This document shows, one piece after another, positions 39,701-53,600 of a stretch of DNA of 64,000 bases. The stretch's first letter is position 1. Every line of letters starts with the position of its first letter. The notes below the pieces were generated by a model. That model searched no databases. It saw nothing but the letters and a program-made list of their open reading frames with translations, and was not told the DNA's origin. The position numbers and the translations under genes were made by a program. Origin of the DNA: Eledone cirrhosa (lineage: Eukaryota); NCBI GenBank assembly GCA_964016885.1, contig OZ024740.1, positions 138,322,001 to 138,386,000 on the forward strand, in the 5' to 3' direction.

Positions 39701-42700
39701 TCAATCTCCAATTCTCTCTTTCTCTTATCACTTTTCTCTCAATCTCCAATTCTCTCTTTCTCTTATCACTTTTCTCTCAATCTCCAATTCTCTCTTTCTC
39801 TTATCACTTTTATCTCAATCTCCAATTCTCTCTTTCTCTTATCACTTTTCTCTCAATCTCCAATTCTCTCTTTCTCTTATCACTTTTCTCTCAATCTCCA
39901 ATTCTCTCTTTCTCTGATCACTTTTCTCTCAATCTCCAATTCTCTCTTTCTCTTATCACTTTTCTCTCAATCTCCAATTCTCTCTTTCTCTTATCACTTT
40001 TCGCTCAATCTCCAATTCTCTCTTTCTCTTATCACTTTTCTCTCAATCTCCAATTCTCTCTTTCTCTTATCACTTTTCTCTCAATCTCCAATTCTCTCTT
40101 TCTCTCATCACTTTTCTCTCAATCTCCAATTCTCTCTTTCTCTTATCACTTTTCTCTCAATCTACAATTCTCTGTTTCTCTTATCACTTTTCTCTCAATC
40201 TCCAATTCTCTCTTTCTCTTATCACTTTTCTCTCAATCTCCAATTCTCTCTTTCTCTTATCACTTTTCTCTCAATCTCCAATTCTCTCTTTCTCTTATCA
40301 CTTTTCTCTCAATCTCCAATTCTCTCTGTCTCTTATCACTTTTCTCTCAATCACCAATTCTCTCTGTCTCATATCACTTTTCTCTCAATCTCCAAATCTC
40401 TCTTTCTCTTATCACTTTTCTCTCAATCTCCAATTCTCTCTTTCTCTTATCACTTTTCCTCAATCTCCAATTCTCTCTTTCTCTTATCACTTTTCTCTCA
40501 ATCTCCAATTCTCTCTTTCTCTTATCACTTTTCCCTCAATCTCCAATTCTCTCTTTCTCTTATCACTTTTCTCTCAATCTCCAATTCTCTCTTTCTCTTA
40601 TGACTTTTCTCTCAATCACCAATTCTCTCTGTCTCTTATCACTTTTCTCTCAATCTCCAATTCTCTCTTTCTCTTATCACTTTTCTCTTAATCTCCTATT
40701 CTCTCTTACTCTTATCACTTTTCTCTCAATCTCCAATTCTCTCTTTCTCTGATCACTTTTCTCTCAATCTCCAATTCTCTCTTTCTCTTATCACTTTTCT
40801 CTCAATCTCCAATTCTCTCTTTCTCTTATCACTTTTCTCTCAATCTCCAATTCTCTCTTTCTCTTATCACTTTTCTCTCAATCTCCAATTCTCTCTTTCT
40901 CTTATCACTTTTCTCTCAATCTCCAATTCTCTCTTTCTCTTATCACTTTTCTCTCAATCTCCAATTCTCTCTTTCTCTGATCACTTTTCTCTCAATCTCC
41001 AATTCTCTCTTTCTCTTATCACTTTTCTCTCAATCTCCAATTCTCTCTTTCTCTTATCACTTTTGTCTCAATCTCCAATTCTCTCTTTCTCTTATCACTT
41101 TTCTCTCAATCTCCAATTCTCTCTGTTTCTTATCACTTTTCTCTCAATCTCCAATTCTCTCTTTCTCTTATCACTTTTATCTCAATCTCCAATTCTCTCT
41201 TTCTCTTATCACTTTTCTCTCAATCTCCAATTCTCTCTTTCTCTTATCACTTTTCTCTCAATCTCCAATTCTCTCTTTCTCTGATCACTTTTCTCTCAAT
41301 CTCCAATTCTCTCTTTCTCTTATCACTTTTCTCTCAATCTCCAATTCTCTCTTTCTCTGATCACTTTTCGCTCAATCTCCAATTCTCTCTTTCTCTTATC
41401 ACTTTTCTCTCAATCTCCAATTCTCTCTTTCTCTTATCACTTTTCTCTCAATCTCCAATTCTCTCTTTCTCTCATCACTTTTCTCTCAATCTCCAATTCT
41501 CTCTTTCTCTTATCACTTTTCTCTCAATCTACAATTCTCTGTTTCTCTTATCACTTTTCTCTCAATCTCCAATTCTCTCTTTCTCTTATCACTTTTCTCT
41601 CAATCTCCAATTCTCTCTTTCTCTTATCACTTTTCTCTCAATCTCCAATTCTCTCTTTCTCTTATCACTTTTCTCTCAATCTCCAATTCTCTCTGTCTCT
41701 TATCACTTTTCTCTCAATCACCAATTCTCTCTGTCTCATATCACTTTTCTCTCAATCTCCAAATCTCTCTTTCTCTTATCACTTTTCTCTCAATCTCCAA
41801 TTCTCTCTTTCTCTTATCACTTTTCCTCAATCTCCAATTCTCTCTTTCTCTTATCACTTTTCTCTCAATCTCCAATTCTCTCTTTCTCTTATCACTTTTC
41901 CCTCAATCTCCAATTCTCTCTTTCTCTTATCACTTTTCTCTCAATCTCCAATTCTCTCTTTCTCTTATGACTTTTCTCTCAATCACCAATTCTCTCTGTC
42001 TCTTATCACTTTTCTCTCAATCTCCAATTCTCTCTTTCTCTTATCACTTTTCTCTTAATCTCCTATTCTCTCTTACTCTTATCACTTTTCTCTCAATCTC
42101 CAATTCTCTCTTTCTCTGATCACTTTTCTCTCAATCTCCAATTCTCTCTTTCTCTTATCACTTTTCTCTCAATCTCCAATTCTCTCTTTCTCTTATCACT
42201 TTTCTCTCAATCTCCAATTCTCTCTTTCTCTTATCACTTTTCTCTCAATCTCCAATTCTCTCTTTCTCTTATCACTTTTCTCTCAATCTCCAATTCTCTC
42301 TTTCTCTGATCACTTTTCTCTCAATCTCCAATTCTCTCTTTCTCTTATCACTTTTCTCTCAATCTCCAATTCTCTCTTTCTCTGATCACTTTTCTCTCAA
42401 TCTCCAATTCTCTCTTTCTCTTATCACTTTTCTCTCAATCTCCAATTCTCTCTTTCTCTTATCACTTTTCTCTCAATCTCCAATTCTCTCTTTCTCTTAT
42501 CACTTTTCTCTCAATCTCCAATTCTCTCTTTCTCTTATCACTTTTCTCTCAATCTCCAATTCTCTCTTTCTCTTATCACTTTTCTCTCAATCTCCAATTC
42601 TCTCTTTCTCTGATCACTTTTCGCTCAATCTCCAATTCTCTCTTTCTCTTATCACTTTTCTCTCAATCTCCAATTCTCTCTTTCTCTTATCACTTTTCTC

Positions 42701-45700
42701 TCAATCTCCAATTCTCTCTTTCTCTGATCACTTTTCTCTCAATCTCCAATTCTCTCTTTCTCTTATCACTTTTCTCTCAATCTCCAATTCTCTCTTTCTC
42801 TGATCACTTTTCTCTCAATCTCCAATTCTCTCTTTCTCTTATCACTTTTCTCTCAATCTCCAATTCTCTCTTTCTCTTATCACTTTTCTCTCAATCTCCA
42901 ATTCTCTCTTTATCTTATCACTTTTCTCTCAATCTCCAATTCTCTCTTTCTCTTATCACTTTTCTCTCAATCTCCAATTCTCTCTTTCTCTTATCACTTT
43001 TCTCTCAATCTCCAATTCTCTCTTTCTCTGATCACTTTTCTCTCAATCTCCAATTCTCTCTTTCTCTTATCACTTTTCTCTCAATCTCCAATTCTCTCTT
43101 TCTCTTATCACTTTTGTCTCAATCTCCAATTCTCTCTTTCTCTTATCACTTTTCTCTCAATCTCCAATTCTCTCTGTTTCTTATCACTTTTCTCTCAATC
43201 TCCAATTCTCTCTTTCTCTTATCACTTTTATCTCAATCTCCAATTCTCTCTTTCTCTTATCACTTTTCTCTCAATCTCCAATTCTCTCTTTCTCTTATCA
43301 CTTTTCTCTCAATCTCCAATTCTCTCTTTCTCTGATCACTTTTCTCTCAATCTCCAATTCTCTCTTTCTCTGATCACTTTTCTCTCAATCTCCAATTCTC
43401 TCTTTCTCTTATCACTTTTCTCTCAATCTACAATTCTCTGTTTCTCTTATCACTTTTCTCTCAATCTCCAATTCTCTCTTTCTCTTATCACTTTTCTCTC
43501 AATCTCCAAATCTCTCTTTCTCTTATCACTTTTCTCTCAATCTCCAATTCTCTCTTTCTCTTATCACTTTTCCCTCAATCTCCAATTCTCTCTTTCTCTT
43601 ATCACTTTTCTCTCAATCTCCAATTCTCTCTTTCTCTAATCACTTTTCTCTCAACCTCCCATTCTCTCTTTCTCTTATGACGTTTCTCTCAATCACCAAT
43701 TCTCTCTGTCTCTTATCACTTTTCTCTCAATCACCAATTCTCTCTGTCTCATATCACTTTTCTCTCAATCTCCAAATCTCTCTTTCTCTTATCACTTTTC
43801 TCTCAATCTCCAATTCTCTCTTTCTCTTATCACTTTTCCCTCAATCTCCAATTCTCTCTTTCTTTCATCACTTTTCTCTCAATCTCCAATTCTCTCTTTC
43901 TCTTATCACTTTTCTCTCAATCTCCAATTCTCTCTTTCTCTAATCACTTTTCTCTCAATCTCCAATTCTCTCTTTCTCTTATCACTTTTCTCTCAATCTC
44001 CAATTCTCTCTTTCTCTTATCACTTTTCTCTCAATCTCCAATTCTCTCTTTCTCTTATCACTTTTCTCTCAATCTCCAATTCTCTCTTTCGCTGATCACT
44101 TTTCTCTCAATCTCCAATTCTCTCTTTCTCTTATCACTTTTCTCTCAATCTCCAATTCTCTCTTTCTCTTATCACTTTTCTCTCAATCTCCAATTCTCTC
44201 TTTCTCTTATCACTTTTCTCTCAAACTCCAATTCTCTCTTTCTCTTATCACTTTTCTCTCAATCTCCAATTCTCTCTTTCTCTTATCACTTTTCTCTCAA
44301 TCTCCAATTCTCTCTTTCTCTGATCACTTTTCTCTCAATCTCCAATTCTCTCTTTCTCTTATCACTTTTCTCTCAATCTCCAATTCTCTCTTTCTCTTAT
44401 GGCTTTTCTCTCAATCTCCAATTCTCTCTTTCTCTTATCACTTTTCTCTCAATCTCCAATTCTCTCTTTCTCTTATCACTTTTCTCTCAATCTCCAATTC
44501 TCTCTTTCTCTTATCACTTTTATCTCAATCTCCAATTCTCTCTTTCTCTTATCACTTTTCTCTCAATCTCCAATTCTCTCTTTCTCTTATCACTTTTCTC
44601 TCAATCTCCAATTCTCTCTTTCTCTGATCACTTTTCTCTCAATCTCCAATTCTCTCTTTCTCTTATCACTTTTCTCTCAATCTCCAATTCTCTCTTTCTC
44701 TTATCACTTTTCGCTCAATCTCCAATTCTCTCTTTCTCTTATCACTTTTCTCTCAATCTCCAATTCTCTCTTTCTCTTATCACTTTTCTCTCAATCTCCA
44801 ATTCTCTCTTTCTCTCATCACTTTTCTCTCAATCTCCAATTCTCTCTTTCTCTTATCACTTTTCTCTCAATCTACAATTCTCTGTTTCTCTTATCACTTT
44901 TCTCTCAATCTCCAATTCTCTCTTTCTCTTATCACTTTTCTCTCAATCTCCAATTCTCTCTTTCTCTTATCACTTTTCTCTCAATCTCCAATTCTCTCTT
45001 TCTCTTATCACTTTTCTCTCAATCTCCAATTCTCTCTGTCTCTTATCACTTTTCTCTCAATCACCAATTCTCTCTGTCTCATATCACTTTTCTCTCAATC
45101 TCCAAATCTCTCTTTCTCTTATCACTTTTCTCTCAATCTCCAATTCTCTCTTTCTCTTATCACTTTTCCTCAATCTCCAATTCTCTCTTTCTCTTATCAC
45201 TTTTCTCTCAATCTCCAATTCTCTCTTTCTCTTATCACTTTTCCCTCAATCTCCAATTCTCTCTTTCTCTTATCACTTTTCTCTCAATCTCCAATTCTCT
45301 CTTTCTCTTATGACTTTTCTCTCAATCACCAATTCTCTCTGTCTCTTATCACTTTTCTCTCAATCTCCAATTCTCTCTTTCTCTTATCACTTTTCTCTTA
45401 ATCTCCTATTCTCTCTTACTCTTATCACTTTTCTCTCAATCTCCAATTCTCTCTTTCTCTGATCACTTTTCTCTCAATCTCCAATTCTCTCTTTCTCTTA
45501 TCACTTTTCTCTCAATCTCCAATTCTCTCTTTCTCTTATCACTTTTCTCTCAATCTCCAATTCTCTCTTTCTCTTATCACTTTTCTCTCAATCTCCAATT
45601 CTCTCTTTCTCTTATCACTTTTCTCTCAATCTCCAATTCTCTCTTTCTCTTATCACTTTTCTCTCAATCTCCAATTCTCTCTTTCTCTGATCACTTTTCT

Positions 45701-48700
45701 CTCAATCTCCAATTCTCTCTTTCTCTTATCACTTTTCTCTCAATCTCCAATTCTCTCTTTCTCTTATCACTTTTGTCTCAATCTCCAATTCTCTCTTTCT
45801 CTTATCACTTTTCTCTCAATCTCCAATTCTCTCTGTTTCTTATCACTTTCCTCTCAATCTCCAATTCTCTCTTTCTCTTATCACTTTTATCTCAATCTCC
45901 AATTCTCTCTTTCTCTGATCACTTTTCTCTCAATCTCCAATTCTCTCTTTCTCTTATCACTTTTCTCTCAATCTCCAATTCTCTCTTTCTCTTATCACTT
46001 TTCTCTCAATCTCCAATTCTCTCTTTCTCTTATCACTTTTCTCTCAATCTCCAATTCTCTCTTTCTCTGATCACTTTTCTCTCAATCTCCAATTCTCTCT
46101 TTCTCTTATCACTTTTCTCTCAATCTCCAATTCTCTCTTTCTCTGATCACTTTTCGCTCAATCTCCAATTCTCTCTTTCTCTTATCACTTTTCTCTCAAT
46201 CTCCAATTCTCTCTTTCTCTTATCACTTTTCTCTCAATCTCCAATTCTCTCTTTCTCTCATCACTTTTCTCTCAATCTCCAATTCTCTCTTTCTCTTATC
46301 ACTTTTCTCTCAATCTACAATTCTCTGTTTCTCTTATCACTTTTCTCTCAATCTCCAATTCTCTCTTTCTCTTATCACTTTTCTCTCAATCTCCAATTCT
46401 CTCTTTCTCTTATCACTTTTCTCTCAATCTCCAATTCTCTCTTTCTCTTATCACTTTTCTCTCAATCTCCAATTCTCTCTGTCTCTTATCACTTTTCTCT
46501 CAATCACCAATTCTCTCTGTCTCATATCACTTTTCTCTCAATCTCCAAATCTCTCTTTCTCTTATCACTTTTCTCTCAATCTCCAATTCTCTCTTTCTCT
46601 TATCACTTTTCCTCAATCTCCAATTCTCTCTTTCTCTTATCACTTTTCTCTCAATCTCCAATTCTCTCTTTCTCTTATCACTTTTCCCTCAATCTCCAAT
46701 TCTCTCTTTCTCTTATCACTTTTCTCTCAATCTCCAATTCTCTCTTTCTCTTATGACTTTTCTCTCAATCACCAATTCTCTCTGTCTCTTATCACTTTTC
46801 TCTCAATCTCCAATTCTCTCTTTCTCTTATCACTTTTCTCTTAATCTCCTATTCTCTCTTACTCTTATCACTTTTCTCTCAATCTCCAATTCTCTCTTTC
46901 TCTGTTCACTTTTCTCTCAATCTCCAATTCTCTCTTTCTCTTATCACTTTTCTCTCAATCTCCAATTCTCTCTTTCTCTTATCACTTTTCTCTCAATCTC
47001 CAATTCTCTCTTTCTCTTATCACTTTTCTCTCAATCTCCAATTCTCTCTTTCTCTTATCACTTTTCTCTCAATCTCCAATTCTCTCTTTCTCTTATCACT
47101 TTTCTCTCAATCTCCAATTCTCTCTTTCTCTGATCACTTTTCTCTCAATCTCCAATTCTCTCTTTCTCTTATCACTTTTCTCTCAATCTCCAATTCTCTC
47201 TTTCTCTTATCACTTTTGTCTCAATCTCCAATTCTCTCTTTCTCTTATCACTTTTCTCTCAATCTCCAATTCTCTCTGTTTCTTATCACTTTTCTCTCAA
47301 TCTCCAATTCTCTCTTTCTCTTATCACTTTTATCTCAATCTCCAATTCTCTCTTTCTCTTATCACTTTTCTCTCAATCTCCAATTCTCTCTTTCTCTTAT
47401 CACTTTTCTCTCAATCTCCAATTCTCTCTTTCTCTGATCACTTTTCTCTCAATCTCCAATTCTCTCTTTCTCTTATCACTTTTCTCTCAATCTCCAATTC
47501 TCTCTTTCTCTGATCACTTTTCGCTCAATCTCCAATTCTCTCTTTCTCTTATCACTTTTCTCTCAATCTCCAATTCTCTCTTTCTCTTATCACTTTTCTC
47601 TCAATCTCCAATTCTCTCTTTCTCTCATCACTTTTCTCTCAATCTCCAATTCTCTCTTTCTCTTATCACTTTTCTCTCAATCTACAATTCTCTGTTTCTC
47701 TTATCACTTTTCTCTCAATCTCCAATTCTCTCTTTCTCTTATCACTTTTCTCTCAATCTCCAATTCTCTCTTTCTCTTATCACTTTTCTCTCAATCTCCA
47801 ATTCTCTCTTTCTCTTATCACTTTTCTCTCAATCTCCAATTCTCTCTGTCTCTTATCACTTTTCTCTCAATCACCAATTCTCTCTGTCTCATATCACTTT
47901 TCTCTCAATCTCCAAATCTCTCTTTCTCTTATCACTTTTCTCTCAATCTCCAATTCTCTCTTTCTCTTATCACTTTTCCTCAATCTCCAATTCTCTCTTT
48001 CTCTTATCACTTTTCTCTCAATCTCCAATTCTCTCTTTCTCTTATCACTTTTCCCTCAATCTCCAATTCTCTTTTTCTCTTATCACTTTTCTCTCAATCT
48101 CCAATTCTCTCTTTCTCTTATGACTTTTCTCTCAATCACCAATTCTCTCTGTCTCTTATCACTTTTCTCTCAATCTCCAATTCTCTCTTTCTCTTATCAC
48201 TTTTCTCTCAATCTCCTATTCTCTCTTACTCTTATCACTTTTCTCTCAATCTCCAATTCTCTCTTTCTCTGATCACTTTTCTCTCAATCTCCAATTCTCT
48301 CTTTCTCTTATCACTTTTCTCTCAATCTCCAATTCTCTCTTTCTCTTATCACTTTTGTCTCAATCTCCAATTCTCTCTTTCTCTTATCACTTTTCTCTCA
48401 ATCTCCAATTCTCTCTGTTTCTTATCACTTTTCTCTCAATCTCCAATTCTCTCTTTCTCTTATCACTTTTCTCTCAATCTCCAATTCTCTCTTTCTCTTA
48501 TCACTTTTCTCTCAATCTCCAATTCTCTCTTTCTCTTATCACTTTTCTCTCAATCTCCAAATCTCTCTTTCTCTTATCACTTTTCTCTCAATCTCCAATT
48601 CTCTCTTTCTCTTATCACTTTTCCCTCAATCTCCAATTCTCTCTTTCTCTTATCACTTTTCTCTCAATCTCCAATTCTCTCTTTCTCTAATCACTTTTCT

Positions 48701-51700
48701 CTCAACCTCCCATTCTCTCTTTCTCTTATGACGTTTCTCTCAATCACCAATTCTCTCTGTCTCTTATCACTTTTCTCTCAATCACCAATTCTCTCTGTCT
48801 CATATCACTTTTCTCTCAATCTCCAAATCTCTCTTTCTCTTATCACTTTTCTCTCAATCTCCAATTCTCTCTTTCTCTTATCACTTTTCCCTCAATCTCC
48901 AATTCTCTCTTTCTTTCATCACTTTTCTCTCAATCTCCAATTCTCTCTTTCTCTTATCACTTTTCTCTCAATCTCCAATTCTCTCTTTCTCTAATCACTT
49001 TTCTCTCAATCTCCAATTCTCTCTTTCTCTTATCACTTTTCTCTCAATCTCCAATTCTCTCTTTCTCTTATCACTTTTCTCTCAATCTCCAATTCTCTCT
49101 TTCTCTTATCACTTTTCTCTCAATCTCCAATTCTCTCTTTCGCTGATCACTTTTCTCTCAATCTCCAATTCTCTCTTTCTCTTATCACTTTTCTCTCAAT
49201 CTCCAATTCTCTCTTTCTCTTATCACTTTTCTCTCAATCTCCAATTCTCTCTTTCTCTTATCACTTTTCTCTCAATCTCCAATTCTCTCTTTCTCTTATC
49301 ACTTTTCTCTCAATCTCCAATTCTCTCTTTCTCTTATCACTTTTCTCTCAATCTCCAATTCTCTCTTTCTCTGATCACTTTTCTCTCAATCTCCAATTCT
49401 CTCTTTCTCTTATCACTTTTCTCTCAATCTCCAATTCTCTCTTTCTCTTATGGCTTTTCTCTCAATCTCCAATTCTCTCTTTCTCTTATCACTTTTCTCT
49501 CAATCTCCAATTCTCTCTTTCTCTTATCACTTTTCTCTCAATCTCCAATTCTCTCTTTCTCTTATCACTTTTATCTCAATCTCCAATTCTCTCTTTCTCT
49601 TATCACTTTTCTCTCAATCTCCAATTCTCTCTTTCTCTTATCACTTTTCTCTCAATCTCCAATTCTCTCTTTCTCTGATCACTTTTCTCTCAATCTCCAA
49701 TTCTCTCTTTCTCTTATCACTTTTCTCTCAATCTCCAATTCTCTCTTTCTCTTATCACTTTTCGCTCAATCTCCAATTCTCTCTTTCTCTTATCACTTTT
49801 CTCTCAATCTCCAATTCTCTCTTTCTCTTATCACTTTTCTCTCAATCTCCAATTCTCTCTTTCTCTCATCACTTTTCTCTCGATCTCCAATTCTCTCTTT
49901 CTCTTATCACTTTTCTCTCAATCTACAATTCTCTGTTTCTCTTATCACTTTTCTCTCAATCTCCAATTCTCTCTTTCTCTTATCACTTTTCTCTCAATCT
50001 CCAATTCTCTCTTTCTCTTATCACTTTTCTCTCAATCTCCAATTCTCTCTTTCTCTTATCACTTTTCTCTCAATCTCCAATTCTCTCTGTCTCTTATCAC
50101 TTTTCTCTCAATCACCAATTCTCTCTGTCTCATATCACTTTTCTCTCAATCTCCAAATCTCTCTTTCTCTTATCACTTTTCTCTCAATCTCCAATTCTCT
50201 CTTTCTCTTATCACTTTTCCTCAATCTCCAATTCTATCTTTCTCTTATCACTTTTCTCTCAATCTCCAATACTCTCTTTCTCTTATCACTTTTCCCTCAA
50301 TCTCCAATTCTCTCTTTCTCTTATCACTTTTCTCTCAATCTCCAATTCTCTCTTTCTCTTATGACTTTTCTCTCAATCACCAATTCTCTCTGTCTCTTAT
50401 CACTTTTCTCTCAATCTCCAATTCTCTCTTTCTCTTATCACTTTTCTCTTAATCTCCTATTCTCTCTTACTCTTATCACTTTTCTCTCAATCTCCAATTC
50501 TCTCTTTCTCTGATCACTTTTCTCTCAATCTCCAATTCTCTCTTTCTCTTATCACTTTTCTCTCAATCTCCAATTCTCTCTTTCTCTTATCACTTTTCTC
50601 TCAATCTCCAATTCTCTCTTTCTCTTATCACTTTTCTCTCAATCTCCAATTCTCTCTGTTTCTTATCACTTTTCTCTCAATCTCCAATTCTCTCTTTCTC
50701 TTATCACTTTTATCTCAATCTCCAATTCTCTCTTTCTCTTATCACTTTTCTCTCAATCTCCAATTCTCTCTTTCTCTTATCACTTTTCTCTCAATCTCCA
50801 ATTCTCTCTTTCTCTGATCACTTTTCTCTCAATCTCCAATTCTCTCTTTCTCTTATCACTTTTCTCTCAATCTCCAATTCTCTCTTTCTCTTATCACTTT
50901 TTGCTCAATCTCCAATTCTCTCTTTCTCTTATCACTTTTCTCTCAATCTCCAATTCTCTCTTTCTCTTATCACTTTTCTCTCAATCTCCAATTCTCTCTT
51001 TCTCTCATCACTTTTCTCTCAATCTCCAATTCTCTCTTTCTCTTATCACTTTTCTCTCAATCTACAATTCTCTGTTTCTCTTATCACTTTTCTCTCAATC
51101 ACCAATTCTCTCTGTCTCATATCACTTTTCTCTCAATCTCCAAATCTCTCTTTCTCTTATCACTTTTCTCTCAATCTCCAATTCTCTCTTTCTCTTATCA
51201 CTTTTCCCTCAATCTCCAATTCTCTCTTTCTTTCATCACTTTTCTCTCAATCTCCAATTCTCTCTTTCTCTTATCACTTTTCTCTCAATCTCCAATTCTC
51301 TCTTTCTCTAATCACTTTTCTCTCAATCTCCAATTCTCTCTTTCTCTTATCACTTTTCTCTCAATCTCCAATTCTCTCTTTCTCTTATCACTTTTCTCTC
51401 AATCTCCAATTCTCTCTTTCTCTTATCACTTTTCTCTCAATCTCCAATTCTCTCTTTCGCTGATCACTTTTCTCTCAATCTCCAATTCTCTCTTTCTCTT
51501 ATCACTTTTCTCTCAATCTCCAATTCTCTCTTTCTCTTATCACTTTTCTCTCAATCTCCAATTCTCTCTTTCTCTTATCACTTTTCTCTCAATCTCCAAT
51601 TCTCTCTTTCTCTTATCACTTTTCTCTCAATCTCCAATTCTCTCTTTCTCTTATCACTTTTCTCTCAATCTCCAATTCTCTCTTTCTCTGATCACTTTTC

Positions 51701-53600
51701 TCTCAATCTCCAATTCTCTCTTTCTCTTATCACTTTTCTCTCAATCTCCAATTCTCTCTTTCTCTTATGGCTTTTCTCTCAATCTCCAATTCTCTCTTTC
51801 TCTTATCACTTTTCTCTCAATCTCCAATTCTCTCTTTCTCTTATCACTTTTCTCTCAATCTCCAATTCTCTCTTTCTCTTATCACTTTTATCTCAATCTC
51901 CAATTCTCTCTTTCTCTTATCACTTTTCTCTCAATCTCCAATTCTCTCTTTCTCTTATCACTTTTCTCTCAATCTCCAATTCTCTCTTTCTCTGATCACT
52001 TTTCTCTCAATCTCCAATTCTCTCTTTCTCTTATCACTTTTCTCTCAATCTCCAATTCTCTCTTTCTCTTATCACTTTTCGCTCAATCTCCAATTCTCTC
52101 TTTCTCTTATCACTTTTCTCTCAATCTCCAATTCTCTCTTTCTCTTATCACTTTTCTCTCAATCTCCAATTCTCTCTTTCTCTCATCACTTTTCTCTCAA
52201 TCTCCAATTCTCTCTTTCTCTTATCACTTTTCTCTCAATCTACAATTCTCTGTTTCTCTTATCACTTTTCTCTCAATCTCCAATTCTCTCTTTCTCTTAT
52301 CACTTTTCTCTCAATCTCCAATTCTCTCTTTCTCTTATCACTTTTCTCTCAATCTCCAATTCTCTCTTTCTCTTATCACTTTTCTCTCAATCTCCAATTC
52401 TCTCTGTCTCTTATCACTTTTCTCTCAATCACCAATTCTCTCTGTCTCATATCACTTTTCTCTCAATCTCCAAATCTCTCTTTCTCTTATCACTTTTCTC
52501 TCAATCTCCAATTCTCTCTTTCTCTTATCACTTTTCCTCAATCTCCAATTCTCTCTTTCTCTTATCACTTTTCTCTCAATCTCCAATTCTCTCTTTCTCT
52601 TATCACTTTTCCCTCAATCTCCAATTCTCTCTTTCTCTTATCACTTTTCTCTCAATCTCCAATTCTCTCTTTCTCTTATGACTTTTCTCTCAATCACCAA
52701 TTCTCTCTGTCTCTTATCACTTTTCTCTCAATCTCCAACTCTCTCTTTCTCTTATCACTTTTCTCTCAATCTCCTATTCTCTCTTACTCTTATCACTTTT
52801 CTCTCAATCTCCAAATCTCTCTTTCTCTGATCACTTTTCTCTCAATCTCCAATTCTCTCTTTCTCTTATCACTTTTCTCTCAATCTCCAATTCTCTCTTT
52901 CTCTTATCACTTTTGTCTCAATCTCCAATTCTCTCTTTCTCTTATCACTTTTCTCTCAATCTCCAATTCTCTCTGTTTCTTATCACTTTTCTCTCAATCT
53001 CCAATTCTCTCTTTCTCTTATCACTTTTATCTCAATCTCCAATTCTCTCTTTCTCTTATCACTTTTCTCTCAATCTCCAATTCTCTCTTTCTCTTATCAC
53101 TTTTCTCTCAATCTCCAATTCTCTCTTTCTCTGATCACTTTTCTCTCAATCTCCAATTCTCTCTTTCTCTTATCACTTTTCTCTCAATCTCCAATTCTCT
53201 CTTTCTCTTATCACTTTTCGCTCAATCTCCAATTCTCTCTTTCTCTTATCACTTTTCTCTCAATCTCCAATTCTCTCTTTCTCTTATCACTTTTCTCTCA
53301 ATCTCCAATTCTCTCTTTCTCTCATCACTTTTCTCTCAATCTCCAATTCTCTCTTTCTCTTATCACTTTTCTCTCAATCTACAATTCTCTGTTTCTCTTA
53401 TCACTTTTCTCTCAATCTCCAATTCTCTCTTTCTCTTATCACTTTTCTCTCAATCTCCAATTCTCTCTTTCTCTTATCACTTTTCTCTCAATCTCCAATT
53501 CTCTCTTTCTCTTATCACTTTTCTCTCAATCTCCAATTCTCTCTTTCTCTTATCACTTTTCTCTCAATCTCCAATTCTCTCTTTCTCTTATCACTTTTTT
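36700..53600. repeat. Mosaic higher-order domain of 1.4-2.3 kb modules, with larger 4,710-bp and 9,761-bp recurrences
   Basis: Offset 4710: 38967/43677, 39689/44399, 41063/45773. Offset 9761: 37455/47216, 38594/48355, 38967/48728, 39689/49450. Shorter offsets are 2203, 2317, 1443 and 1367. Each equals n x 38 minus the number of intervening 1-bp deletions. Confidence 0.85.
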
